Positions 8,844 through 16,685 of a stretch of DNA of 64,000 nt are shown here, piece after piece. Under the pieces are notes generated by a model, which saw only the letters and a program-made list of their open reading frames with translations, did not search any database and was not told the origin of the DNA. Source of the stretch: a virus (Duplodnaviria > Caudoviricetes); the IMG/VR virus record IMGVR_UViG_3300021399_000155, positions 4,722 through 68,721 of that record; one strand, written 5' to 3'. How positions within the stretch are numbered: the stretch's first letter is position 1; each line of letters opens with the position of its first letter. Made by a program: the position numbers and the translations under genes.

Positions 8844-9239
8844 CCAATTAAACCCTATCCATCTATTGATAGTGAAACCGCAATATGTACTATTATGTGA
8901 TGCATTAAGTTAATTTGTGAACGATTTCCATCGCAACAAGCAACGCAGATTTCCACCCTCGAATGTACTCATCATTTTCACTAATCGCTTTGTCTGCATC
9001 ATTAAAATACTCTTCGAGTTCTTTAATTGCTTCTTCTTTCGTCATGCTAATCGTTCCTTCGGTGTGGTGCTTTTAAGTTATTTGTACCCACTTTCTAATT
9101 GTTTCGTACAGTTCTTTGGTAATTTGCAGTAGTAGTATTCCTAGCCATTTCGGGATTTGAAATAGCACTTTTTCGCCTTTGACCAAATAATACTGATCGG
9201 CGATCCCCCTTGTGTTATGCCATACGCTAAACTTCCACA

Positions 9240-9623
9240 TCATATAAACCCCGCCTGTTCCGCTTTGTACTTTGCAAGCAGATCTTCGGCTATTTTAATG
9301 GCCCGGTCTTTGTCGTTCGCCATCGGATGCACAGTGTATTCAAGGTTACTCATGTTTGGCGGTACTTTAAACACGGTGTTTGCATCAGTATAAGCACTAT
9401 ATGTATTTCTAACCACATCTGGTTTCTTGTCGGAATAGAAATATACGTTCCACAGTGGCCTTTCGTATCCAGTGAATTCGTCAAGATTCCACGTCTCCGT
9501 CTTTGCTTGATACATATCATCGCTGTAAAGCTTTTCTATGACTCTGGCAACCTTGATGTCGAGCGTTGCTCCGACAATGTGATAATCACTGTAATCTCCT
9601 CTGGTTACAATGTAGACATTCAT
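9240..9623 (-). CDS. hypothetical protein (MNVYIVTRGDYSDY family)
   Basis: same N-terminal pattern as 37512..37847. Confidence 0.65.
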   Translation of the reverse strand: MNVYIVTRGDYSDYHIVGATLDIKVARVIEKLYSDDMYQAKTETWNLDEFTGYERPLWNVYFYSDKKPDVVRNTYSAYTDANTVFKVPPNMSNLEYTVHPMANDKDRAIKIAEDLLAKYKAEQAGFI

Positions 9624-9811
9624 TCTACTGGCTCCTCTTTCGTATTTAACCACTCATCAAGCTTCTTCTCACAGTCGTGGCAAAGATTGACTCGAATATA
9701 TCCATACATGTATGTTGACATTTTCTGAATGTAATAGCTGGGTAGAATTGTGTTCATGTTTGGGTCATAACGAATCTCGGCGCCGCATTTGTCACAGTAT
9801 GTCTTAATCAT
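9620..9811 (-). CDS. small zinc-finger protein
   Basis: YCDKCG ... LCHDC. Confidence 0.65.
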   Translation of the reverse strand: MIKTYCDKCGAEIRYDPNMNTILPSYYIQKMSTYMYGYIRVNLCHDCEKKLDEWLNTKEEPVE

Positions 9812-9972
9812 TTATTTCCTCCACTGGCCAAAGCTCCGGCAGCTATAATAGCAAGCGAGAGAGCCTGAACATCGTTTGACACAATAGTTCCATTTGAGCC
9901 AACCCAAACCATTAATGAACCCCAAAGAAAAACGCATAAGAGCGCATAAAATATATTTACAATCTTATTCAT
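9808..9972 (-). CDS. small two-TM membrane protein
   Basis: MNKIVNIFYALLCVFLWGSLMVWV; start at an internal ATG. Confidence 0.55.
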   Translation of the reverse strand: MNKIVNIFYALLCVFLWGSLMVWVGSNGTIVSNDVQALSLAIIAAGALASGGNK

Positions 9973-10231
9973 TTGCTCTCCCGTTCCACACATCTGCAAG
10001 TACATCTTCGGCAAACACAATGGACTTCTTTTCGTAATAGCCCTCATGCTCTGGTTCCTCCGCCGGGACATAACATTCCGCTTTCGATGTTGCATACATG
10101 GTCAGATTGCAATTAAAACATTTAATCGTAGCGTATGTAGCTTCTCTTTCTACCATCTGACCATTTTTAACAAGCTCAACAGTCAAGTTATTCTTCTTTC
10201 CGCAAAACGGGCATTCTCTTAACTCTTTCAT
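9965..10231 (-). CDS. Lar family restriction-alleviation protein
   Basis: MKELRECPFCG ... IKCFNC ... WNGRA. Confidence 0.7.
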   Translation of the reverse strand: MKELRECPFCGKKNNLTVELVKNGQMVEREATYATIKCFNCNLTMYATSKAECYVPAEEPEHEGYYEKKSIVFAEDVLADVWNGRANE

Positions 10232-10310
10232 CTATTCTCCTTATCTTAGTGCGATTAATATGGTTAGTAATGCAATTATCATGGTCATCACAAATATTTC
10301 GACATCTATT

Positions 10311-10511
10311 CTATTCTTCATAGCCATCCATTTTAGCCCCGCAAAACGGGCAATATGCGGACAAAACCTCTTCTCCTTCATAGTTGGCCAATGCGCAGTT
10401 GCCACAAGAACTACAAACATATTCGGCAACAGGATCGTAGCCGCCAGTTAGACTTACGTCCCACCCGGAAATATCACTCATCGTTAGTGTTTTCCAATAT
10501 GCTCTTACCAT
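10311..10511 (-). CDS. small zinc-ribbon protein
   Basis: CSSCG ... YCPFCGAKMDG. Confidence 0.65.
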   Translation of the reverse strand: MVRAYWKTLTMSDISGWDVSLTGGYDPVAEYVCSSCGNCALANYEGEEVLSAYCPFCGAKMDGYEE

Positions 10512-10831
10512 GTTACTGTTGTAACTCCCTCTTCTTGGTGCACGTTGAAGCCGTGTTTCTTCAAGTCCGTAATAACTTCCGGGATCGGGGGTTGGTTAAA
10601 CACGGCATATGCATTCCCGGCTTTTGCACGCTCACGGATCGTGCTATATGCTCTCCCTTTGGCACTCTTGACAAACTCTTTTGAGTGTTTTTCCAACATT
10701 TTCCGAGCATCCTTGTCGCTAATCGGGCTGGTTGTATCTTCCGGCCAAAAAGCCCACTTAAAAAATGCTACGAACGCCAAAGCTATCAAGGCACATACAA
10801 ACAATGCAATACATACTTCCAATACAATCAT
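10505..10831 (-). CDS. membrane-anchored hypothetical protein
   Basis: N-terminal TM helix from ATG 10831; GGAGG RBS. Confidence 0.6.
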   Translation of the reverse strand: MIVLEVCIALFVCALIALAFVAFFKWAFWPEDTTSPISDKDARKMLEKHSKEFVKSAKGRAYSTIRERAKAGNAYAVFNQPPIPEVITDLKKHGFNVHQEEGVTTVTW

Positions 10832-11817
10832 GAAACCACCTCTTCTAGTAAAACATTTCGGTTGATCTCCATTAGTAGGCGATTGATACCGCCCCAATCT
10901 GGTTCATCTGGTAATAATGTATTCTTCGCCGCAATCTCAAATTCGGAGCTGTAATAATCGAGAAGTATGTTGAACTCTTTGGTTGGAGTACATCCGTCCT
11001 CTTCCAGAAATTCGCCGTTCCGAATTGCCATGAGAAGATCGTGTTCGTCGTAACGATAGGTGTTTATTTCTCCCACATTCAAGATGTCCATACCCATCAT
11101 ATAAAGCCTAAGAAGGTGCATCATGTGTTTTGCAATCTTTCCGTGAGCTTCCGCCTTGTCGTTTCGTGTGCTTTTGCGGTAATCCTTATCTACGTTGATT
11201 AGCTCATTGTTCATTCCGATGATTCGGCTTAATTCCATCCCACGAAATGTCATGTTGCAGATTATTTCGTTGTTCTCGTTAAGTTCCGCCGAGAAGTCGT
11301 CAGAAAGAACATCTTTGTAACGAAATGCAAATCCGTCCATCAGCTTCTGGATAGACCTACATTCCATGTCGTTTAGATCGTCCTGTGTGCGTCCTTTCTT
11401 ATTAATAAGGCGATTTAGCTGGCTCTTTGCATAACCACCGAAAGTGTAGACTGCCCTCTTCGAAAGGAATAAATGTCTGTTCTTTACAAGCTTCTCACCA
11501 ACATCTGTTATTACGACGTAATCTTGACGCCTCAAACCGAGCATCTCAATAACATTTGGGTTGCAGTCGGCGGCAAGTTTTGCAAATTTGCGAAGAGAGT
11601 ACAGTACGGTATCTGTCTGACCGAACACTTTCTGCTCCCTGTCCTTAGAGATCCCAATCAGTTCATCTGGGCTATTCAGAAATATGCCACGAAGATCTAT
11701 GTCACTGGTTGCAATATTAGTCCCATAAGAATGGCTGCCACCTAAACCTACAAGAATGAGGCCGGGATAATTCCAGACCTCATCATACTCTTTGTTTTTC
11801 AGTTCTTCTAATGCCAT
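10828..11817 (-). CDS. DNA polymerase beta superfamily nucleotidyltransferase
   Basis: GGSHSYGTNIATSDIDLRG (GS-x-DxD motif). Confidence 0.8.
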   Translation of the reverse strand: MALEELKNKEYDEVWNYPGLILVGLGGSHSYGTNIATSDIDLRGIFLNSPDELIGISKDREQKVFGQTDTVLYSLRKFAKLAADCNPNVIEMLGLRRQDYVVITDVGEKLVKNRHLFLSKRAVYTFGGYAKSQLNRLINKKGRTQDDLNDMECRSIQKLMDGFAFRYKDVLSDDFSAELNENNEIICNMTFRGMELSRIIGMNNELINVDKDYRKSTRNDKAEAHGKIAKHMMHLLRLYMMGMDILNVGEINTYRYDEHDLLMAIRNGEFLEEDGCTPTKEFNILLDYYSSEFEIAAKNTLLPDEPDWGGINRLLMEINRNVLLEEVVS

Positions 11818-12272
11818 AGCTGATACCTCTTACCAATCAGATCCGCCGTTTCATCAGGCATTGGCTTAAAACCAATACATGTAAGCGTTCTACCAACACC
11901 ATATCTGTCAAATTCTTCTGGTTGAAGTTCTGTAAGGCAATTGTCTTTAATCAAGAAGTAATCGAAATCCTCTTTTAAGCCAAGATCATTTGCCATCTCA
12001 ACGGCTTTCATAAGTTGATTGCGGTTGTTGGCCTCCAAAATAACCTTAGTAAAGCTTCCGGCAATCCATTCCTCGTATAAGTCCTTGTCAATATCAAATG
12101 TCATTACCGTATAGCAATTACCGGGTTTGGGGTATACATTGGGAAATGGCCCAAAAGCGTGGTCTCGTATCATCTTTGACAAGAACGCCATGCTTGCATG
12201 GCTCACCTGAGCCGCAAATTTGCCAATTGACATGTCCAAATCCTTCCGGGCTATAATGATCTGCTTATACAT
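11808..12272 (-). CDS. peptidyl-tRNA hydrolase, Pth2 family
   Basis: KQIIIARKDLDMSIGKFAAQVSHAS ... TKVILE ... TLTCIGF. Confidence 0.85.
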   Translation of the reverse strand: MYKQIIIARKDLDMSIGKFAAQVSHASMAFLSKMIRDHAFGPFPNVYPKPGNCYTVMTFDIDKDLYEEWIAGSFTKVILEANNRNQLMKAVEMANDLGLKEDFDYFLIKDNCLTELQPEEFDRYGVGRTLTCIGFKPMPDETADLIGKRYQLWH

Positions 12273-12274
12273 GA

Positions 12275-12709
12275 TTACACCCCCGTGCTGCCAAATCCGC
12301 CCATTCCACGCTCTGTTTCATCAAGCTCGTCAACCTCTGTTAGTTCGTCTAGCAGATATGGATGGAAGACTACCTGAGCAATTCTATCTCCGTGATGAAC
12401 CTCGTATGATCTACCAGAATCGTTGTAAAGAGCCACTTTATATTCATCACGGTAGTCACGGTCTGCCACTCCCACGCAATTAGCCGGGCGTAATCCCTTC
12501 TTTGTGGCAAGTCCGCTCCTAGCATAGATCGCACCGAAATATCCGGCGGGAGGTACAATTGCGACACCCGTTCCAATCATCCGGCACTCTCCCGGCCAGA
12601 TCGTAATACTTCCTTCTGGGATACAAGCATATAAATCCCATCCGGCAGAATCCGGGCTTCCTTTTGTAGGAAGTGTTGCATACTCATCAATCTTCTTTAC
12701 TTTTATCAT
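12275..12709 (-). CDS. dut: trimeric dUTPase
   Basis: AGWDL, RSGLA, GVADRDYR, GDRIAQ, RGMGGFGSTG. Confidence 0.95.
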   Translation of the reverse strand: MIKVKKIDEYATLPTKGSPDSAGWDLYACIPEGSITIWPGECRMIGTGVAIVPPAGYFGAIYARSGLATKKGLRPANCVGVADRDYRDEYKVALYNDSGRSYEVHHGDRIAQVVFHPYLLDELTEVDELDETERGMGGFGSTGV

Positions 12710-12844
12710 TATTATCTTCCTTTCTACTCCATATCGGACACCATCCCCAATGAGGTCTATTTGTTTCTAGTGCATCACAAAAATGCAAATCTTCGTCCGA
12801 ATCATCTCCATTAAACCAGAGACAATTGCCACAATGCCGATCTC

Positions 12845-13048
12845 TCATTTCCATCCATCCGGGATCACAATATATGTTTTATCAATGTTATATGATGGAG
12901 CACTATCTGGTGAGAGATGGATATAGATATCGAAGTCGGAAATATTGTCAACATTCTCACCCACAATCTCTTCTACTCTATCAGATAACTCTTTTGCAAT
13001 TGTCTTTAATGAAGAAATATAATCATTACGATCAAATATCATCCTCAT
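12845..13048 (-). CDS. hypothetical protein
   Basis: operon packing. Confidence 0.55.
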   Translation of the reverse strand: MRMIFDRNDYISSLKTIAKELSDRVEEIVGENVDNISDFDIYIHLSPDSAPSYNIDKTYIVIPDGWK

Positions 13049-13271
13049 CCTCCTCTACTGTAACTATTACTGCTTCACCAATGTACTCAATGTCGTTATC
13101 AGACTGCATGGTAAAGATATAAGCAATTCCACCTTGCGGAACTTGAACTCCAACAAGATACTTTATATCGTCGCCACAAGGTTTAATCTTAGAGATTGGC
13201 CCAAGACAACCGCACCATTTGTGTTTTTCCGTAAACTGTACTACATCGTGGATTTTAAACATTTGTTTCAT
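13032..13271 (-). CDS. hypothetical protein (SH3-like)
   Basis: DVVQFTEKHKWCGCLG pattern; operon packing. Confidence 0.6.
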   Translation of the reverse strand: MKQMFKIHDVVQFTEKHKWCGCLGPISKIKPCGDDIKYLVGVQVPQGGIAYIFTMQSDNDIEYIGEAVIVTVEEDEDDI

Positions 13272-13611
13272 CCCTCTTCCATGTGATCTTATAATAGCTT
13301 ATTTGCAGTAGTTCAACTTGATATCCCTTATCTATTAACCTACTTATGGTATGCTGATAGGCGATATAGGTTCGAACTTCCGACCCTCCGTTGTCAACTG
13401 TTTGTCTGATAAGCTCATAAATGTTATCCAACTCATTGCGTTCCCGGCGTATCTTGTTTGTACGCTCACGTTTAATGGCTTTGATTGCGCTTATCTCATT
13501 ACTTGGGAATTCGTCTCTTAACCAAAAGAAAAATATTGTCACTCCGCTTCCAAGCATAAACCACATGGCAACCCATATAATAATCCATATCATCATTCTG
13601 ATTATATCCAT
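13255..13611 (-). CDS. membrane-anchored hypothetical protein
   Basis: N-terminal hydrophobic helix. Confidence 0.6.
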   Translation of the reverse strand: MDIIRMMIWIIIWVAMWFMLGSGVTIFFFWLRDEFPSNEISAIKAIKRERTNKIRRERNELDNIYELIRQTVDNGGSEVRTYIAYQHTISRLIDKGYQVELLQISYYKITWKRDETNV

Positions 13612-13896
13612 CTAGTATTTATTTTCTCCATAAGGGCAATAAAAATCATTTCCGTCACCGGGCATATCCTTCTCGCATTGACTGAAAAAAATATACTCAA
13701 CGCTACCATCATCAGAAAGCGCCCGTTTCCAGTGTTTGCAGTTTTTACATCTAACAACCATCTTAATATCTTTCCAGTCGCCACGAAGCGGAAGCATATT
13801 AACCATTGCTCTTTGCTCTGGGGTTAGATGGATGCCAAGAAATTCCTCTGCGAACTTACACGGATGATTCTTGTAATACTCGAAATCCTTCTTCAT
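13612..13896 (-). CDS. hypothetical protein
   Basis: YYKNHPCKFAEEFLGI + VVRCKNCKHW; operon packing. Confidence 0.6.
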   Translation of the reverse strand: MKKDFEYYKNHPCKFAEEFLGIHLTPEQRAMVNMLPLRGDWKDIKMVVRCKNCKHWKRALSDDGSVEYIFFSQCEKDMPGDGNDFYCPYGENKY

Positions 13897-14068
13897 TGAA
13901 TTGTCCTTTCAGTGGTTTAATTGACCACTTAGTTCGTTCGGAAAGCAACTTTGCAACGGACGGTTTGTACTGTTTGATAAACCTTCCGTTCACGACATAA
14001 TATTCTAGCTTTTCGTCCGCATTCCACGCATGTAACCATTCAAGATCTGTAAACTGCATCTTATCCAT
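13856..14068 (-). CDS. hypothetical protein
   Basis: internal ATG with GAGG RBS. Confidence 0.5.
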   Translation of the reverse strand: MDKMQFTDLEWLHAWNADEKLEYYVVNGRFIKQYKPSVAKLLSERTKWSIKPLKGQFNEEGFRVLQESSV

Positions 14069-14069
14069 A

Positions 14070-14282
14070 CTAATCCTCAATAAACAGAACACTTGTTCCG
14101 CATTCACATGTAACTTCCACATCTCCTTCTTCGTCGGTATGGAACCATTCCGGCTTACAATATCTGCAAAACACCTTTCCGCATTCGTGGCATTTTAAAA
14201 CCATCCACGTCTTATTTCCACAAACCGGGCAAGTGTTTCCTTCCAGAGGGAACGTAGGATATAAATAATCAATGTAACTCAT
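14070..14282 (-). CDS. small zinc-binding protein
   Basis: CPVCG, CHECG, CRYC, CECG. Confidence 0.6.
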   Translation of the reverse strand: MSYIDYLYPTFPLEGNTCPVCGNKTWMVLKCHECGKVFCRYCKPEWFHTDEEGDVEVTCECGTSVLFIED

Positions 14283-14520
14283 TTTCCCAGACGTAGAACT
14301 CCTTTTGTTCAATATCTTCTGTTCTATATTTTTTTCTCGCCCCGCAATTTGGGCAATAGTTGTAAAGATTGGTCACTTCTTGTTCGATACCCCAAGTGCC
14401 ATCTTCTCTTCTTTTACTATGAGAACAGCCATAGCGGAAGCCACACTGGCATTCGGCATAGATCATGATATCTCCGGCATACCGACTAAGTTCCCAAACG
14501 TGGTCAACTCCTCTTTTCAT
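14269..14520 (-). CDS. small zinc-ribbon protein
   Basis: ECQCG ... YCPNCGA. Confidence 0.6.
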   Translation of the reverse strand: MKRGVDHVWELSRYAGDIMIYAECQCGFRYGCSHSKRREDGTWGIEQEVTNLYNYCPNCGARKKYRTEDIEQKEFYVWENELH

Positions 14521-15077
14521 TTCCTCTCATCCCGCATAAAAGTAATCCGTTTGCAAAGTTAATAGATACGTTTGCTATTAGTAATACAAGCATCATTTTT
14601 TCATATACACTCATACGTTTCTTCTAAAAGAGGAGCCTTGTTATCGGCCCCTCCGTTCTCCTACCGAAATTTTTGCTTTAATCATCGTCATCTAATTTAT
14701 TGAAAATATATCTCCACACAAATGGAGAGATAATTGTCAATGCCCATCCGATAGATGCAAATATTTTAAGTTCATTCATATGAATTATAATCCACTTTAA
14801 ATCACAATTCGTCTATTTCTTTGCATAAGATATAGAGCATATACGTCCATGCAAAGGGTAAACATAAAAGACATATTGCTAACAGCATATCTTTAAATCT
14901 CCTGTATGTGGATTTATAATGTAATCATTCAATCGGGAATTTGACTATTTTATTATTGCACTTTGGACAGTACAAATCAGGCATAAAAGTTGTAACTTCT
15001 CGTATTGGCTTATATCTGTCATTCATCTGTTCACCTCTGTAAAGCGGCAAGTAACGCCTTTATGCTCATGGCTACGC

Positions 15078-15410
15078 TTACTGCCAAATCACTGTTTCAA
15101 CACGTAGCATTCCAGTTCCTGCAGATGAAGTGAAACCATCATCCGTATTAATCTCCTTTCCCTTCTTTTTCTTCTTTTTCTTCTTTTTCTCAAGAAGTTT
15201 TTTTAGTATTCCAGAATGCCTTGCACAATCATTTTTATGCTGTTCACATATCATTGCTTCACGCTCGCAAAAATCACATTCACCCCGACACTTGCGCTCA
15301 TACTCTTTGCATTTATCCCGTGTTGCACTAATCGCCGCAAACAAGCAGACATTAACAACCGTTAACACTGCAATCACTATCGCAATTATCAAACTCACAT
15401 CCATTAGCAT
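15078..15410 (-). CDS. membrane-anchored hypothetical protein with a poly-Lys tract
   Basis: N-terminal TM; 9-nt unit repeated 3 times encodes K9. Confidence 0.5.
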   Translation of the reverse strand: MLMDVSLIIAIVIAVLTVVNVCLFAAISATRDKCKEYERKCRGECDFCEREAMICEQHKNDCARHSGILKKLLEKKKKKKKKKGKEINTDDGFTSSAGTGMLRVETVIWQ

Positions 15411-15601
15411 ACACCTCCATATTTGAAATATCTTGATCCCACTTCCCGATAAGGAGATACAGGCCCCATTCCGCTATCGGATTGGTCACTGCCATTCTGC
15501 CAAGGAATTCCGCAAAGAAGATTTCTTTGTTTGTAGTATCTCGGATTGCCTTGACACGTAACAACAACTATCCAATCAAAGTTCTTGTCGCTCATTGCCA
15601 T
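15404..15601 (-). CDS. hypothetical protein
   Basis: AAGGAG RBS; operon packing. Confidence 0.5.
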   Translation of the reverse strand: MAMSDKNFDWIVVVTCQGNPRYYKQRNLLCGIPWQNGSDQSDSGMGPVSPYREVGSRYFKYGGVC

Positions 15602-15602
15602 A

Positions 15603-16184
15603 TCAATCTCCTTTATTACTTTTAAACTCAGAAAATCTTCTTACAAATTGTGCTCCAATCGCATTGCCAGCGATTGCTGTAATTATGAACAAGAACGCCT
15701 TAAAAGACCATTCATTCCCGGCGGCGAAATAGAACATATCTGCAATACAGTGCTCAAATCCGGCTAGAATGAAAACCATTACTCCCATAATGACACTAAT
15801 GATGCTCTTATTGTTGCGGTATCCGCTTACAGCAAGATACATACAAACGCCGCACCCCATAGCTCTTACGAATGTTTCCCATAACGGTTGAGATAATTTT
15901 ATTGTAATTAGAGTATCTAATGGAGCAATCCATGTGTGACATAACACCCCGGCGATCGTTGCCCCAATTAAGTTGAAATCTAACATCATGCATCCGTCAA
16001 TAAAGTCTTTTGGTTCTGCCCACGCTACCCATCCCGTGAATAGCCTATAGTTTCTAAGTAATACAGACAATAGGCCAAAAGAGAACAGAAATGCACCGAA
16101 CACTTTATTGTCAGACATTGAATACACTATTCCGCCAAAACCGATCATCATTCCGGCAAGAACAGCTTTGCTCATCTTTTCCAT
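15603..16184 (-). CDS. formate/nitrite transporter (FNT) family channel, short form
   Basis: AVLAGMMIGFGG, LFSFGL, LFTG, FILAGFEHCIADMFY, GNAIG. Confidence 0.85.
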   Translation of the reverse strand: MEKMSKAVLAGMMIGFGGIVYSMSDNKVFGAFLFSFGLLSVLLRNYRLFTGWVAWAEPKDFIDGCMMLDFNLIGATIAGVLCHTWIAPLDTLITIKLSQPLWETFVRAMGCGVCMYLAVSGYRNNKSIISVIMGVMVFILAGFEHCIADMFYFAAGNEWSFKAFLFIITAIAGNAIGAQFVRRFSEFKSNKGD

Positions 16185-16675
16185 AGCACGATTTCCCCGC
16201 TTCTTACACTTTCCGGCACGTCAATTACTCTCTGGTTAGAACTTCCACGGAGCGGAAGTGTATATGACTTTTTGTCGAGCTCAAATCTTCCGTCAATCAA
16301 CACATCAACAAAAGGGAGAAGCTTTATGGCATCTTCCGATAGCTCTTCAAGTTTGTATCCCGTCCATACGAAAATTTTGATTGTTGGATATACTTCTTTT
16401 ACTGATCTTACTAGCCTATACACAAAGTCAACGTTTTCGGGGCAAAGTGGTTCTCCGCCCAAGATGGATAAGTTCCTCTCTACCCCGTTTTCTCTTATAA
16501 GCCCAATCACAAAAGTGATCAGATCTTCGTCATTGGCTTCTATTCCTCCGTCATAATCCCAAGTATGTTGATTATGACATCCCGGGCAATGATGCGGACA
16601 TCCCTGACACCAAAAACTAACACAGACTTTTTGGCCGTTTACAACATCATTTCGAATAATTCCCGCATACTTCAT
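16172..16675 (-). CDS. nrdG: anaerobic RNR activating enzyme
   Basis: CPHHCPGC radical SAM motif; GGEPL; LRGSSNQR. Confidence 0.95.
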   Translation of the reverse strand: MKYAGIIRNDVVNGQKVCVSFWCQGCPHHCPGCHNQHTWDYDGGIEANDEDLITFVIGLIRENGVERNLSILGGEPLCPENVDFVYRLVRSVKEVYPTIKIFVWTGYKLEELSEDAIKLLPFVDVLIDGRFELDKKSYTLPLRGSSNQRVIDVPESVRSGEIVLWKR

Positions 16676-16685
16676 ACCTTAGCAC

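Noticed and set aside
8800-8845. RNase P RNA (GGAGAAAGTCC resembles the P4 5' strand)
   Set aside because: No complementary 3' P4 strand (..GGCTTA) downstream and the gap is too short
9095-9243. TAG read-through or stop-codon recoding in a small ORF
   Set aside because: All long genes are intact in code 11, several end in TAG, and no suppressor tRNA is present; a local frameshift or pseudogene explains it more simply
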